A stretch of 45,123 bases of DNA from positions 1 to 45,123 of the forward strand of contig CAZSYD010000016.1 of the NCBI GenBank assembly GCA_964611355.1. The letters are read 5' to 3'. The notes beneath the pieces are model-generated. The model was not told the DNA's origin, made no database searches, and was given only the letters and a program-made list of their open reading frames with translations. Both the position numbers and the translations under genes were made by a program. This document shows positions 19,008 to 30,594 of this stretch, piece after piece (the stretch's first letter is position 1; each line of letters begins with the position of its first letter). The stretch comes from an uncultured Ignavibacteriales bacterium (lineage in GTDB: Bacteria > Zixibacteria > MSB-5A5 > GN15 > JAAZOE01).

Positions 19008-19301
19008 TTATGCTTTCCTGACCGACGAAGAACGTTCGGCCAATTTGCCGCCATGCCCGCGGAAGGTGCGCGTGGGAGCGAATTCCCCGAGCTTGTGCCC
19101 GACCATATTCTCGGTGATATAGATCGGAATAAATTTATTCCCGGTATGAACAGCCAGAGTATGACCGACAAATTCCGGCGATATGGTCGATCGACGCGAC
19201 CAGGTCTTAATCACTTTTCTTTCCCCATGCTCATTGAATTCGTTTATCTTCTTCAATAACTTGGGGGCAATATATGGGCCTTTTTTCAATGACCGGGGCA
19301 T
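19008..19301 (-). CDS. rpsS: 30S ribosomal protein S19
   Basis: [20 protein letters not shown] and [13 protein letters not shown]. Confidence 0.98.
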   Translation of the reverse strand: MPRSLKKGPYIAPKLLKKINEFNEHGERKVIKTWSRRSTISPEFVGHTLAVHTGNKFIPIYITENMVGHKLGEFAPTRTFRGHGGKLAERSSSVRKA

Positions 19302-19318
19302 CTTTCCTCCGCTAAATT

Positions 19319-20140
19319 CTACCTGCGACGCTTGACAATAAGTCTATCGGTAACTTTTTTGCGTCTTGTCTTTTTACCTTTAGTCGGCTTACCCCACGGG
19401 GTGCAGGGATGACGGCCACCCGAGCTGCGGCCCTCGCCGCCTCCCATGGGATGGTCAACCGGATTCATGGCCACACCGCGTACGTGCGGTCGGCGACCGC
19501 GCCAACGGCTGGCGCCCGCTTTGCCTAAAACCACTTTTTCATGGTCAATATTGCCGACCTGCCCAATGGTAGCTAGGCAGTCAATCGGCACCAGCCGAAC
19601 TTCGTTCGACGGCATTTTCAGGTGCGCGTATTTATCTTCCCGGGCCATAAGCTGCACCAACGCCCCGGCGCTGCGAGCAACCTGGCCGCCCTTGCCGGGA
19701 CGCATTTCAACATTATGCACAAACGTTCCCGGTGGAATCCTGCCTAAACGGGTGGCATTGCCGACGCGTATCTCGGCCTTGTCTCCCGACATAACGTATT
19801 GGTTTATTTTCAAGCCGTCAGGAGCAAGAATATATCTTTTCTCGCCGTCCGCATAATGCAACAGGGCGATGCGAGCCGAGCGATTGGGGTCATATTCAAT
19901 CGAGGCAACGCGGGCGGGAATGTCATGCTTGTTACGTCTGAAGTCGATTACCCTATAATACCTCTTATGGCCGCCGCCCCGGTGCCGTGCGGTAACGCGA
20001 CCCTTGTTATTGCGACCACCTTTTTTCGCCAGAATCTGAATCAACGACTTTTCAGGTATAATCGAGGTTATCTCGTCAAAAGACGGAGTGGTCCTGAAAC
20101 GCAGCGACGGCGTGGTCGGTCTGTATTTTTTCATAGCCAT
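19319..20140 (-). CDS. rplB: 50S ribosomal protein L2
   Basis: [20 protein letters not shown] and [17 protein letters not shown]. Confidence 0.98.
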   Translation of the reverse strand: MAMKKYRPTTPSLRFRTTPSFDEITSIIPEKSLIQILAKKGGRNNKGRVTARHRGGGHKRYYRVIDFRRNKHDIPARVASIEYDPNRSARIALLHYADGEKRYILAPDGLKINQYVMSGDKAEIRVGNATRLGRIPPGTFVHNVEMRPGKGGQVARSAGALVQLMAREDKYAHLKMPSNEVRLVPIDCLATIGQVGNIDHEKVVLGKAGASRWRGRRPHVRGVAMNPVDHPMGGGEGRSSGGRHPCTPWGKPTKGKKTRRKKVTDRLIVKRRR

Positions 20141-20160
20141 GGTCTATTCCAGTGATTGCC

Positions 20161-20448
20161 TTATAAGTTTTCAAACTCCGGAATTCTTTCGTCGCCTTTC
20201 ACCTTAACGATCGCCTTTTTCCACCTTGGCGTTTTCCCCTTATAACGGCCGAGCGTCCTGAGTTTACCCGGCATAATCACGGTCCTGACCGAATCCACCT
20301 CAATTTTGAACAACTCCTCAACCGCTTCTTTAATCTGGCGCTTATTGGCCCGGATATCGACCGAGAATGTATATTTAGCTTCGTTCTCTTTAAGAATCGT
20401 CGATTTTTCGGTCGTCATATACTGCTTGATGATCTTGCGAGGCTCCAT
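20161..20448 (-). CDS. rplW: 50S ribosomal protein L23
   Basis: TTEKS, YTFSV..RANKRQIKEAVEELF and WKKAIV; start at MEPRK. Confidence 0.96.
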   Translation of the reverse strand: MEPRKIIKQYMTTEKSTILKENEAKYTFSVDIRANKRQIKEAVEELFKIEVDSVRTVIMPGKLRTLGRYKGKTPRWKKAIVKVKGDERIPEFENL

Positions 20449-21071
20449 CAACCAAATACCTCCTCGATTTCCTTCAAACCGGCCGTAGTGATTACGAGAT
20501 AATCGGCGTTCAGGACATCGTACGCATTGGCCATTCGGGCCCGGCAAACCTTGACCCCGGGTATATTCCGAGAAGCCAGATACGGATTTTTATTTCCCCC
20601 CTCATCGAGGAAAAGGACTTTTTTACCCTGCAGTTCGAGTTTATCCAAAACCGCAACAAGGTTTTTGGTTTTATAATCCGGAAGATCCAGTCTCTCCAGA
20701 ACTTTTATCCGATCGGCACGAGCCTTATCGGATAAAACCGATTTTATGGCCAATCTTTTTTGTCTCTTCGGGATTCGGACGTAATAACTGCGCGGTTTGG
20801 GTCCAAAGGCGGCACCACCGCCAACCCTGACAGGCGAGCGTGTGGTTCCAGCCCGGGAACGACCGGTTCCTTTTTGACGGTACAGCTTGCCGCCGCCGCC
20901 GGATACTTCGCTGCGGCTTTTAGTCGAGGCGTTTCCCTGACGCTGATTTGCCAAATATTGAACCACGTAACTATGCACCACCGCTTCGTTCGGTTCCTGA
21001 CCGAAGACGCTTTCCGGCAGATTAACCGCCCCGCCCTGACCATCGTCTATTCTTATTGGCATTACCGTCAT
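20448..21071 (-). CDS. rplD: 50S ribosomal protein L4
   Basis: RQGNASTKSRSEVSGGG..RQKGTGR.RAG and GGGAAFGPKPR. Confidence 0.97.
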   Translation of the reverse strand: MTVMPIRIDDGQGGAVNLPESVFGQEPNEAVVHSYVVQYLANQRQGNASTKSRSEVSGGGGKLYRQKGTGRSRAGTTRSPVRVGGGAAFGPKPRSYYVRIPKRQKRLAIKSVLSDKARADRIKVLERLDLPDYKTKNLVAVLDKLELQGKKVLFLDEGGNKNPYLASRNIPGVKVCRARMANAYDVLNADYLVITTAGLKEIEEVFG

Positions 21072-21079
21072 TTTCTACC

Positions 21080-21709
21080 TCACCTGCGAGTCGAGGCCTT
21101 TATCGTTAACAAGCCGTTCGCTTTTCCGGGAACGGCCCCTTTGACCAGAATCAGGTTTTCTTTCGGAATAACCCGTATCACGCGCAGGCCAATGGATACA
21201 GCATTACCGCCGCCCATCCGTCCGGGCATTCGCATACCTTTGAAAACTCGCGATGGATAAGAGCTTTGACCTATTGAACCGGGCGCCCGCAGACGGTCAG
21301 ATTGACCGTGGGTCGCCTGGCCACCGGAGAAACCGTGTCGTTTCATAACACCGGCAAATCCCTTTCCACGGGAAAGGCCGGTTACGTCGACCTTTTCACC
21401 TTCATGAAATATATCGACGGCAATGACATCGCCGACTTTAATATCGCCTAATTCATCAACGCGAGCTTCTTTCAGACAGCGGGTTGGCTCTATATTGGCG
21501 GCCTTGAAATGGCCCTGCTCCGGCTTATTGAACAGGTTAGCCCGGCGCTTGCCATAACCGATTTGATAGGCATTATAACCATGCTTCTCTCTGTTGCGTA
21601 CGGCTACCACCGGACACGGCCCGGCTTCAATCACCGTAACCGTCACGGCTGTACCGTCTTCCTGGAATATCCGGGTCATTCCCAGCTTTTTGCCCAATAG
21701 TGTTTTCAT
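21080..21709 (-). CDS. rplC: 50S ribosomal protein L3
   Basis: LLGKKLGMT, SRGKGFAGVMKRHGF, RAPGSIG and LVKGAVPG; start at MKTLL. Confidence 0.98.
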   Translation of the reverse strand: MKTLLGKKLGMTRIFQEDGTAVTVTVIEAGPCPVVAVRNREKHGYNAYQIGYGKRRANLFNKPEQGHFKAANIEPTRCLKEARVDELGDIKVGDVIAVDIFHEGEKVDVTGLSRGKGFAGVMKRHGFSGGQATHGQSDRLRAPGSIGQSSYPSRVFKGMRMPGRMGGGNAVSIGLRVIRVIPKENLILVKGAVPGKANGLLTIKASTRR

Positions 21710-21719
21710 GTCACAACCG

Positions 21720-22034
21720 TCAGGTTTTAATCTCCACGTCAACGCCTGCCGGCAAATCAAGCTTCATCAGCGCATCCACCGTCTGGGGCGTCGAATCGTA
21801 AATTTCGATAAGACGTTTATGGATTCTCGTTTCAAACTGCTCCCGCGACTTTTTATCAACATGAGGAGACCGCAGAACCGTATATACCGTCCGCTTGGTC
21901 GGCAGCGGTATCGGCCCTATGATCCGCGCGCCGGTCCTTAAGGCCGTGCGGGCAATTTCCCTCGTCGACCGGTCAAGGGAATAGTGATCGTAGGCCTTCA
22001 GTCTGATCCTAATTTTTTGCGGTTCCATTTCCAT
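21720..22034 (-). CDS. rpsJ: 30S ribosomal protein S10
   Basis: [18 protein letters not shown] and [14 protein letters not shown]. Confidence 0.98.
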   Translation of the reverse strand: MEMEPQKIRIRLKAYDHYSLDRSTREIARTALRTGARIIGPIPLPTKRTVYTVLRSPHVDKKSREQFETRIHKRLIEIYDSTPQTVDALMKLDLPAGVDVEIKT

Positions 22035-22055
22035 TTTTCCCTGTCAGGATTGTTC

Positions 22056-23261
22056 CTATTCCACTACATCGGAGATGACGCCGGCGCCGATGGTCCGGCC
22101 GCCCTCGCGAATGGCAAAACGAAGCTCCTTCTCCATCGCTATCGGCGTTATCAACTCCGCATCAATCGTCACGTTATCACCGGGCATCACCATCTCCGTA
22201 CCCTCGGGAAGTTTCACCGTACCCGTTACGTCCGTCGTCCGAAAATAAAACTGAGGACGATATCCATCGAAAAACGGCGTGTGACGACCACCCTCCTCCT
22301 TCGTCAACACGTAAACCTCGCCCTTGAACTTCGTATGAGGAGTGATCGAACCCGGCTTGGCCAATACCATGCCTCGCTCCAAATCCTCCTTGTCAACACC
22401 GCGCAAAAGCAAGCCCACATTGTCTCCGGCCTGAGCAAAATCCAATATCTTCCGAAACATCTCAACACCCGTGCATACCGTCTTCCGCGTCTCCCTGATA
22501 CCAACTACCTCAACGTCATTACCGGTCCTGATCGTACCTCGCTCTACTCGACCCGTCCCCACCGTACCACGACCGGTGATCGAAAATACGTCCTCAACGG
22601 GCATCAAAAACGGCTTGTCGGTGTCACGCTCAGGCGTCGGTATGTAATTGTCTATCGCATCCAAAAGCTCATACACCGACTTGAACGACGGATCATCCGC
22701 TATCGACATATCAGCCGCCTTCGTCATCGCCTCCAACGCGCTCCCGCGTATCACCGGTATGTCATCACCCGGAAAATCATACTTGCTCAATAAATCCCGA
22801 ACCTCCAACTCCACCAAATCCAAAAGCTCGGGATCATCCACCATGTCAACCTTGTTCATGTAAACCACTATATACGGCACACCCACCTGACGAGCCAAAA
22901 GTATATGCTCTCGCGTCTGAGGCATCGGACCATCATTCGCCGATACCACCAATATCGCACCGTCCATCTGTGCCGCACCCGTTATCATGTTCTTTACATA
23001 ATCCGCGTGACCGGGACAATCCACATGCGCATAATGACGCTTGTCCGTCTCATACTCCACGTGCGCAGTCGCTATCGTTATACCTCGCTCCTTCTCCTCC
23101 GGAGCATTGTCAATCGAATCAAATGAACGCACCTCCGCCTGATTCTTACGAGCCAGCAACATCGTCATCGCAGCCGTCAAAGTCGTCTTCCCGTGATCCA
23201 CATGACCTATCGTCCCCACGTTCACATGAGGCTTCGTCCGCTCATATCTTTCCTTGGCCAT
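22056..23261 (-). CDS. tuf: Elongation factor Tu (str-operon copy)
   Basis: [22 protein letters not shown] and NKVD motifs; 401 aa. Confidence 0.99.
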   Translation of the reverse strand: MAKERYERTKPHVNVGTIGHVDHGKTTLTAAMTMLLARKNQAEVRSFDSIDNAPEEKERGITIATAHVEYETDKRHYAHVDCPGHADYVKNMITGAAQMDGAILVVSANDGPMPQTREHILLARQVGVPYIVVYMNKVDMVDDPELLDLVELEVRDLLSKYDFPGDDIPVIRGSALEAMTKAADMSIADDPSFKSVYELLDAIDNYIPTPERDTDKPFLMPVEDVFSITGRGTVGTGRVERGTIRTGNDVEVVGIRETRKTVCTGVEMFRKILDFAQAGDNVGLLLRGVDKEDLERGMVLAKPGSITPHTKFKGEVYVLTKEEGGRHTPFFDGYRPQFYFRTTDVTGTVKLPEGTEMVMPGDNVTIDAELITPIAMEKELRFAIREGGRTIGAGVISDVVE

Positions 23262-23285
23262 CGGTCAGTTCCTCTCGCTTATATT

Positions 23286-25364
23286 TCAATTCCGAATACC
23301 TATGCTCATCCGGTCGGTTATTTCGCCGGGAACCGGCCGGAAGGACGAAAACTCCATATTAAAAACCGCCCGTCCCTGGGACAAATTGCGCAATTTGGTG
23401 GCATATCCAAACATCTCGGCCAATGGAATCGTGGCTGAAATCACTTGGGAATGATCTCGGGGTGAGATATTGGAAATTTTGGCCCTTCGGCTATTAAGAT
23501 CATTCATGATATTTCCGGCGTAATTCTCCGGAACGGTAATTTCCACATTCATGACCGGTTCCAGCATAATGGGCCCGGCCTTTTCGGCCGCCTTGCGGAA
23601 AGCCATCGACGCAGCGATTTTAAAGGCCAGTTCGCTGGAATCGACTTCATGGCTCGAACCGTCCAAAAGAACAACCTTGATACCGATCATTAAATTGCCG
23701 CCCAGCACCCCCGTATGCATCGCCTCTTTGACCCCTCTTTCAATGGCCGGAATAAACTGCCGGGGAATGCTGCCGCCGACAAGTTTGTTTTCAAAGGCGA
23801 AACGTGTTCCGTTCTCCAGGGGTTCCACGGAAAGGATAACATGACCATACTGGCCATGACCGCCCGATTGTCGAATAAATTTTCCTTCAGCGGTTTGTCT
23901 GCTTGTAATAGTCTCTTTATAAGCCACCCACGGATCACCGATATTGGCCTGAACCTGAAATTCACGCAACAGACGATCGGTTAGAATATCGAGATGCAAC
24001 TCACCCATTCCCGAAATGATCGTCTGTCCCGTTTCCTCGTTGGCGGTAATCTTAAAAGTCGGATCTTCTTCCGCCAACCGGGCCAGAGATTCGAGAAGCT
24101 TATCCTGATCGGAGCGCGTCTTGGGTTCGATGGAAACGCTGAGAACCGGTTCCGGGAATTTCATCAATTCCAGAAGGATGGGCGCCTTGCGGTCGCATAG
24201 GGTATGGCCTGTGGCCGTCTTACGGAAACCTACCGCGGCCACGATATCGCCCGCCTTGGCTTCCTGAAGATCCTCCCGCTTGTTTGCGTGCATCCGCAGT
24301 ATTCGTGCGACTCGCTCCTTCATCCCTTCATTAGCGTTATAAATATATGAACCGGCTCTGACCGTGCCGGAATAAATCCTGAAATAGGTTAGGCGTCCCA
24401 CGTGGGGATCAGATACGATTTTGAAAGCCAAAGCACACATCGGTTCATCAACGTCCGGTTTACGTTCCGCCATTTTTGATAAGCCGGGAATATGTCCTTT
24501 TATAGGAGGTTTGTCAAGCGGGGAAGGCATAAAGTCGATAATAGCATCTAATAATTTCTGGACACCCTGATTTCGATAAGAAGACCCGCATAAAACCGGT
24601 ACAATATCGACGGCAAGGCAAGCCCGGCGTATGGCCGCAATTATTTCCTTTTCTCTGATAGGTTTGTCGTTCAGAATTTTCTCCAGCAGGTTATCATCGT
24701 AATTTGATAGCACCTCCAGCATATACTCACGGGCCCGGGTTGCCTCTTCGATCAAATCATCGGGAACCGGCAGATCCCGGTATTCGGTTCCGTTGGTCTC
24801 TTTAGTGTAAATCCGATATGTCATCGATATCAGATCAACAATACCGGTAAAAAGGTCGCCTTCACCTGCCGGAATCTGTACGGGCACGGCGTTAGCCTCA
24901 AGCTTTTCGCGCATTTGCCGGATCGTACCCATAAAGTCGGCTCCGATGCGGTCCATTTTGTTCACATAGGCTATCCGCGGCACGTTGTACCGGTCGGCCT
25001 GATTCCAGACCGTTTCGGACTGGGGCTCAACGCCCCCTACGGCACAAAATATCGCCACCGCACCGTCGAGAATCCGCAGGGAACGCTCGACCTCCACCGT
25101 GAAATCAACGTGACCGGGAGTATCAATAATATTGATAACAGTATCCCGCCAATAGGTTGTCGTCGCCGCTGAGGTTATCGTAATACCTCTTTCCTTCTCC
25201 TGCTCCATCCAGTCCATGGTCGCCGCGCCGTCGTCAACTTCACCAATGCGGTATGTTTTTCCGGTATAAAAAAGTATCCGCTCGGTCGTAGTCGTTTTGC
25301 CGGCATCAATATGGGCCATAATGCCAATATTACGTATTTGTTTTAATGCTGTGTTGCTTGTCAT
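23286..25364 (-). CDS. fusA: Elongation factor G
   Basis: [33 protein letters not shown] and GMGELHL; located between rpsG and tuf. Confidence 0.97.
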   Translation of the reverse strand: MTSNTALKQIRNIGIMAHIDAGKTTTTERILFYTGKTYRIGEVDDGAATMDWMEQEKERGITITSAATTTYWRDTVINIIDTPGHVDFTVEVERSLRILDGAVAIFCAVGGVEPQSETVWNQADRYNVPRIAYVNKMDRIGADFMGTIRQMREKLEANAVPVQIPAGEGDLFTGIVDLISMTYRIYTKETNGTEYRDLPVPDDLIEEATRAREYMLEVLSNYDDNLLEKILNDKPIREKEIIAAIRRACLAVDIVPVLCGSSYRNQGVQKLLDAIIDFMPSPLDKPPIKGHIPGLSKMAERKPDVDEPMCALAFKIVSDPHVGRLTYFRIYSGTVRAGSYIYNANEGMKERVARILRMHANKREDLQEAKAGDIVAAVGFRKTATGHTLCDRKAPILLELMKFPEPVLSVSIEPKTRSDQDKLLESLARLAEEDPTFKITANEETGQTIISGMGELHLDILTDRLLREFQVQANIGDPWVAYKETITSRQTAEGKFIRQSGGHGQYGHVILSVEPLENGTRFAFENKLVGGSIPRQFIPAIERGVKEAMHTGVLGGNLMIGIKVVLLDGSSHEVDSSELAFKIAASMAFRKAAEKAGPIMLEPVMNVEITVPENYAGNIMNDLNSRRAKISNISPRDHSQVISATIPLAEMFGYATKLRNLSQGRAVFNMEFSSFRPVPGEITDRMSIGIRN

Positions 25365-25516
25365 AACAAACCCTGCCGCATCGCGCCATCAGATACCGTT
25401 CCTTTACTCGCGCGACTTTACAGCAGAACTAGTCGGCAAGCCAGGGTGTGTGTCGGTTGCGGGCTGATCCCGGGCAACTTCGCCGGCCCTCTTTAAACCG
25501 GCCGGGAATCAGCAAA

Positions 25517-25987
25517 CTACCATCTGAAGTGCGCGAATGCCTTATTGGCTTCGGCCATCTTATGCGTATCTTCCTTCTTTTTTATTGATGCTCCTTCATT
25601 CCTGGCCGCGGCCAGGAGTTCAGACGCAAGTTTACGGGCCATGGTTCCTTCCGCCCGACCGTCGGCGTATTGGATAATCCATCGTATCGCCAGGGCGGTC
25701 CTTCGATTGGCCCGCACTTCAACAGGAACCTGGTAAGTGGCACCCCCGACCCGGCGCGACTTTACTTCAAGGATCGGTCTAACGTTATTTAACGCTTTAT
25801 GAAAAAGTTCCAATCCCGGCGCGCCGGATTCGTCTTCGCAGATATCCAGAGCCGAGTACAGTATTTCTTCCGCGATCGACTTCTTGCCCTTCTTCATCAG
25901 GCTTCCGACAAACTGGCTGATAATGTAGTCGTTGTATTTCGAATCCGGTGTTCTTTTCCTTTTTTCCGCCGCTTTTCTTCGTGGCAT
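25517..25987 (-). CDS. rpsG: 30S ribosomal protein S7
   Basis: EVKSRRVGGATYQVP and HKMAEANKAFAHFRW. Confidence 0.98.
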   Translation of the reverse strand: MPRRKAAEKRKRTPDSKYNDYIISQFVGSLMKKGKKSIAEEILYSALDICEDESGAPGLELFHKALNNVRPILEVKSRRVGGATYQVPVEVRANRRTALAIRWIIQYADGRAEGTMARKLASELLAAARNEGASIKKKEDTHKMAEANKAFAHFRW

Positions 25988-26006
25988 AGAAACCTAATCA
26001 CCTTTC

Positions 26007-26393
26007 TTAGCTGATAGTGGTTTTCTTGGGCCGTTTGGTACCGTACTTGGAGCGACTTTTGGTCCGATCAGCCACTCCTGACGTATCCATGGCGCCACGG
26101 ATGATGTGATACCGGACGCCGGGGAGATCCTTTACCCGGCCGCCCCTGATCAGAACAATCGAGTGTTCCTGAAGATTGTGCCCTTCCCCGGGAATATACG
26201 CGGTTACCTCCATCTGATTTGTCAGCCGGACACGGGCCACCTTGCGCAGTGCCGAATTCGGCTTCTTTGGAGTCGAGGTATACACTCGCGTACATACTCC
26301 ACGCTTTTGCGGACAAGACTTCAGGGCCGGCGTACCGATCTTTGCTTTAATCTCTCTGCGGCCCTTTCGTATCAACTGATTAATCGTGGGCAC
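26007..26393 (-). CDS. rpsL: 30S ribosomal protein S12
   Basis: [19 protein letters not shown] and [12 protein letters not shown]. Confidence 0.98.
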   Translation of the reverse strand: MPTINQLIRKGRREIKAKIGTPALKSCPQKRGVCTRVYTSTPKKPNSALRKVARVRLTNQMEVTAYIPGEGHNLQEHSIVLIRGGRVKDLPGVRYHIIRGAMDTSGVADRTKSRSKYGTKRPKKTTIS

Positions 26394-26447
26394 AACCACT
26401 CCTCAACTTACAAGCCATAGCCAAACCTATATTTAACAAAACCTTTT

Positions 26448-26475
26448 AATATATTGACTCCTATCGGCATGTCAA
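26448..26475 (-). promoter_or_regulatory. Putative sigma70 promoter of the str operon
   Basis: TTGACA-16 nt-TATATT, with the -35 box overlapping the rpoC stop codon. Confidence 0.6.
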
Positions 26476-29400
26476 GCATTTTCCTGAAAAATATCAGCCA
26501 CCGATTCGTCACTTTTCACAGCGTCCTCGATCAGTTCGTCATCGGTTTCGATTTGGACGCCCCGGTACCGCTCCATACCCGTTCCCGCCGGGATCAACTG
26601 ACCGATGATGACGTTTTCCTTCAATCCTTTAAGATAATCTACCTTGCCGCATATGGCCGCTTCGGTTAAAACCTTGGTTGTTTCCTGGAATGAAGCCGCA
26701 GAAATAAAGCTCTCCGTGGACAGCGAAGCCTTCGTTATTCCCAGAAGAAGCGGTTCAAAGGTAGCCGGTTCGCCACCTTCGGCAATAACGCGGTTATTTT
26801 CACTCAGGAATTTATGCCGATCGACCTGTTCTCCTTCGAGGAAAGTGGTATCGCCGACCTCTTCAACATGCACCTTCTGTAACATCTGGCGAACGATTAC
26901 CTCAATATGCTTATCGTTGATCTTCACGCCCTGTAAACGATAAACCTCCTGAATCTCATTAAGCAGGTACTCCTGAACCGCTCCCACGCCTTTGATTCTC
27001 AGGATGTCATGAGGATCAATCGAACCCTCGCAGAGCCTGTCGCCGGCGTCCACGCGATCATTTTCATGGACATGAAGGTGTTTGCCGTGGGGAACAATAT
27101 ATTCCCGAACCTCGCCCGCTTCACCTTCAACATATATCTGCTGCTGACCCCGAATGATTTTGCCGAACTTGACAATACCGTCAACCTCGGAAATTACTGC
27201 GGGGTCATGCGGCCGACGAGCTTCAAACAGCTCGGCCACGCGCGGAAGACCGCCGGTAATGTCTCGTGTTTTAGAAATTTCGCGAGGAATTTTCACCAGA
27301 GCTTCACCGGTCGAGACTTTTTGCCCCTCGGTAATCTTGAGATGAGCCCCGGTCGGAATGCGGTAACTGGCCTTGGTTTTGCCGTTGTCGTCAATTATCA
27401 GGATGGTTGGAAAGAGCGTTTTCCCCTTGGTGTCTATGATAATCGGCTGAATCTGACCCGTGGTTTCATCAATCTCCTCCTTCAACGAAACGTCAGGGAT
27501 AATATCGGTGAATTTGGTCGTGCCCGCTTTTTCGCTGATGATTACATTGGAATAAGGATCCCATCCAAAGAGAATTTCATCCCTGGATATCTCATCACCA
27601 TTCTTTTTCATCAGTTCGGCGCCATAGGGAACATTATAACGGGCTCTAACCCGGTTATTCCCGTCAATAATATGGATCTGCGCATTACGATTTTTGACCA
27701 CCTTTACGCCGTCACCACGGGTAATCGTCTCCACCTTTTTGAATTTAATAGTTCCATCGTGCTTGACTTTGACCTGCGATTGACCCACAATCTGCTCGGC
27801 GGTGCCGCCGATATGGAAGGTTCGCAGGGTAAGCTGCGTGCCCGGTTCGCCAATTGACTGCGCCGCGATAACGCCGACCGCCTCACCGATATCGACCAGT
27901 TCCCCGTTGGCCAGATTGCGGCCATAACAGCACGCACAGACGCCGTGGGGCGATTCGCACGTAAGCACTGACCGGATAGGCGCCGATTCAATACCGGCAT
28001 CCTCAATCGCATGAGCAACATTTTCGTCAATTTCCCGGCCGGCTTCTATGATAAGCTTATCGGTGATGGGATCATAAATATCCTCAAGGGCGACCCGACC
28101 CAGAACGCGGTCAGCCAGAGATTCGACAACCTCCTCCCCTTCCTTCAGGGCCGAGACGTTCAGGCCAAGAATCGTTCCGCAATCCTTCTGGCTGATAATA
28201 ACATCCTGGGCTACGTCCACCAGGCGGCGAGTCAGATAACCGGCGTCAGCCGTCTTTAGTGCGGTGTCAGCGAGCCCCTTGCGCGATCCGTGCGTCGAAA
28301 TAAAGTATTCCATTACCGATAAACCCTCGCGAAAATTCGCCGTAATCGGGTTTTCAATAATTTCGCCGATGCCTCCCGTGATCTTCTTCTGCGGCTTGGC
28401 CATGAGACCGCGCATACCGGCCAACTGTCTGATCTGCTCCTTCGAGCCGCGGGCCCCCGAATCAGCCATCATGAATACCGGATTAAAGCCATCCTGATCG
28501 GCCGCCAGATTATTGAACATCACCTCAGCCACGTTGGAAGTGGTCCTGGTCCAAGTATCAATAATCTGATTGTACCTCTCACCATTAGTGATAATGCCCT
28601 TCATGTATCGTTTCTGTATTCTGGATACTTCCTTTTCGGCGCTCTTGATAAGCTCATTCTTTTCCCTGGGTATAATAAGATCGTCGATGGATACTGTAAT
28701 GCCGGCCTTGGTGACCCAGGAAAAGCCAAGATTTTTCAACTTGTCGAGGAAAAATACCGTCACCGTCTGGCCCAGTCTCTCGAAACACCGAGAGACCAAT
28801 TCCTCGACTCTGCCTTTGGTGACAACATCGTTGAAATAGCCCAATTCCCGGGGCAGAATATCGTTAAAAATAACGCGGCCAACGGTGGTATTGACCAGCT
28901 TCCCGTCCCTCCGGACCTTGATCCGGGCATGGGTATCAATATACCCCTCAGAATGGGCCATCAGGGCTTCATTCTCATCGTGGAAAACCATACCCTCGCC
29001 CTTGACACCGGGACGGGCCTTGGTCAGATAATAACAACCCAGAACGATATCCTGCGAAGGAATGGCAATCGGACGACCTGACGAAGGCACCAGTATATTA
29101 TTGGTTGACAGCATAAGAATGCGGGCTTCCAGTTGAGCTTCAAACGACAAGGGAACATGAACCGCCATCTGGTCGCCGTCGAAGTCAGCATTAAAAGCCG
29201 CGCAAACCAGCGGATGCAATTTAATCGCCTTGCCTTCCACCAGCCTGGGATAAAAAGCCTGAATCCCGAGGCGGTGCAGGGTGGGAGCACGGTTGAGCAG
29301 GATCGGATGGTCTTCGATAATCTCTTCGAGAATGTCCCAGACTTCCGGCCTTGCCCGTTCTACAAGTCGTTTGGCCGACTTGACCGACTGAACATATCCC

Positions 29401-30563
29401 TTCTCTTCCAGCTTCATGATGATAAACGGCTTGAACAGTTCCAGGGCCATATTCTTGGGCAGACCGCATTCGTACAATTTCAACTCAGGGCCGACGACAA
29501 TCACCGAACGCCCGGAATAATCGACCCGTTTACCCAGCAGATTTTGACGGAAACGACCCTGTTTCCCCTTCAGCAGGTCGGAGAGCGACTTCAACGGGCG
29601 CTTGGAATCGCCGCGCACGGAATGGGTACGGCGTCCATTGTCAAAAAGAGCATCAACCGCTTCTTGAAGCATCCGTTTTTCATTACGGAGGATAACCTCA
29701 GGAGCCTGGATATCGATCAGTTTTTTAAGACGATTATTGCGGTTAATTACCCTGCGATACAGGTCGTTCAAATCGGAAGTGGCAAAACGCCCCCCCTCCA
29801 GCGGCACCAGTGGGCGCAGATCGGGCGGGATAACCGGAATAACCGTCATGATCATCCACTCAGGGCGGTTGCCCGACTGTCGGAACCCCTCTATGACCCG
29901 GAGTCGCTTGAAAATATCCTTTTTACGCTGGACCGAAGTTTCCACCTTAACCTTGGCGCGAAGCTGAATAGATAATTCCTCCAGATCAAGCTTTTCGAGT
30001 ATTTTTTTAATAGCCGGAGCGCCCATACCGCCTTCGAATTCCTTTCCGGCTTCCTCCAAATCCAGATATTCTTCCTCCGAGATAATATCGCCTTCCTTAT
30101 AGGCCGTATTACCGGGATCAATTATGATATATGACTCATAGTAAAGAATCTTTTCCAGATTACGAGCCGACAGGCCGATCAAATTCCCAATACGGGAAGG
30201 CAGTGATTTGAAGTACCAGATATGCGAAACCGGCACGGCCAGTTCGATATGTCCCATCCTCTCGCGGCGCACCTTGGCCTGAGTCACTTCCACCCCGCAG
30301 CGGTCGCAAACGATACCGCGGAACCGGATCCGTTTATATTTGCCGCAGTTACATTCCCAATCTTTAACCGGGCCAAAAATCCGCTCGCAAAACAGACCGT
30401 CGCGCTCCGGCTTGAAGGAACGATAATTGATGGTTTCCGGCTTTGTAACCTCCCCGTACGACCAGGAAAGAATTACTTCGGGTGAGGCCAGCCTGATTTG
30501 TATGGCTTGAAAGGAGGGAACCTTTTTCTGCATTCTTTGCATTTTCCCCGCTAAATTCGGCAC
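26472..30563 (-). CDS. rpoC: RNA polymerase beta' subunit
   Basis: [27 protein letters not shown] catalytic motif and [13 protein letters not shown]; has the trigger-loop insertion; no intein seen. Confidence 0.99.
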   Translation of the reverse strand: MPNLAGKMQRMQKKVPSFQAIQIRLASPEVILSWSYGEVTKPETINYRSFKPERDGLFCERIFGPVKDWECNCGKYKRIRFRGIVCDRCGVEVTQAKVRRERMGHIELAVPVSHIWYFKSLPSRIGNLIGLSARNLEKILYYESYIIIDPGNTAYKEGDIISEEEYLDLEEAGKEFEGGMGAPAIKKILEKLDLEELSIQLRAKVKVETSVQRKKDIFKRLRVIEGFRQSGNRPEWMIMTVIPVIPPDLRPLVPLEGGRFATSDLNDLYRRVINRNNRLKKLIDIQAPEVILRNEKRMLQEAVDALFDNGRRTHSVRGDSKRPLKSLSDLLKGKQGRFRQNLLGKRVDYSGRSVIVVGPELKLYECGLPKNMALELFKPFIIMKLEEKGYVQSVKSAKRLVERARPEVWDILEEIIEDHPILLNRAPTLHRLGIQAFYPRLVEGKAIKLHPLVCAAFNADFDGDQMAVHVPLSFEAQLEARILMLSTNNILVPSSGRPIAIPSQDIVLGCYYLTKARPGVKGEGMVFHDENEALMAHSEGYIDTHARIKVRRDGKLVNTTVGRVIFNDILPRELGYFNDVVTKGRVEELVSRCFERLGQTVTVFFLDKLKNLGFSWVTKAGITVSIDDLIIPREKNELIKSAEKEVSRIQKRYMKGIITNGERYNQIIDTWTRTTSNVAEVMFNNLAADQDGFNPVFMMADSGARGSKEQIRQLAGMRGLMAKPQKKITGGIGEIIENPITANFREGLSVMEYFISTHGSRKGLADTALKTADAGYLTRRLVDVAQDVIISQKDCGTILGLNVSALKEGEEVVESLADRVLGRVALEDIYDPITDKLIIEAGREIDENVAHAIEDAGIESAPIRSVLTCESPHGVCACCYGRNLANGELVDIGEAVGVIAAQSIGEPGTQLTLRTFHIGGTAEQIVGQSQVKVKHDGTIKFKKVETITRGDGVKVVKNRNAQIHIIDGNNRVRARYNVPYGAELMKKNGDEISRDEILFGWDPYSNVIISEKAGTTKFTDIIPDVSLKEEIDETTGQIQPIIIDTKGKTLFPTILIIDDNGKTKASYRIPTGAHLKITEGQKVSTGEALVKIPREISKTRDITGGLPRVAELFEARRPHDPAVISEVDGIVKFGKIIRGQQQIYVEGEAGEVREYIVPHGKHLHVHENDRVDAGDRLCEGSIDPHDILRIKGVGAVQEYLLNEIQEVYRLQGVKINDKHIEVIVRQMLQKVHVEEVGDTTFLEGEQVDRHKFLSENNRVIAEGGEPATFEPLLLGITKASLSTESFISAASFQETTKVLTEAAICGKVDYLKGLKENVIIGQLIPAGTGMERYRGVQIETDDELIEDAVKSDESVADIFQENA

Positions 30564-30594
30564 CAGATTGACTCCTTTTCTTGGACCACGCGGG

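Noticed and set aside
21984..22793. Long antisense ORFs over tuf (also 37255..38091, 38124..38636) and over rpoB, rpoC and fusA
   Set aside because: Shadow frames of conserved genes produced by codon bias; no protein-like motifs.
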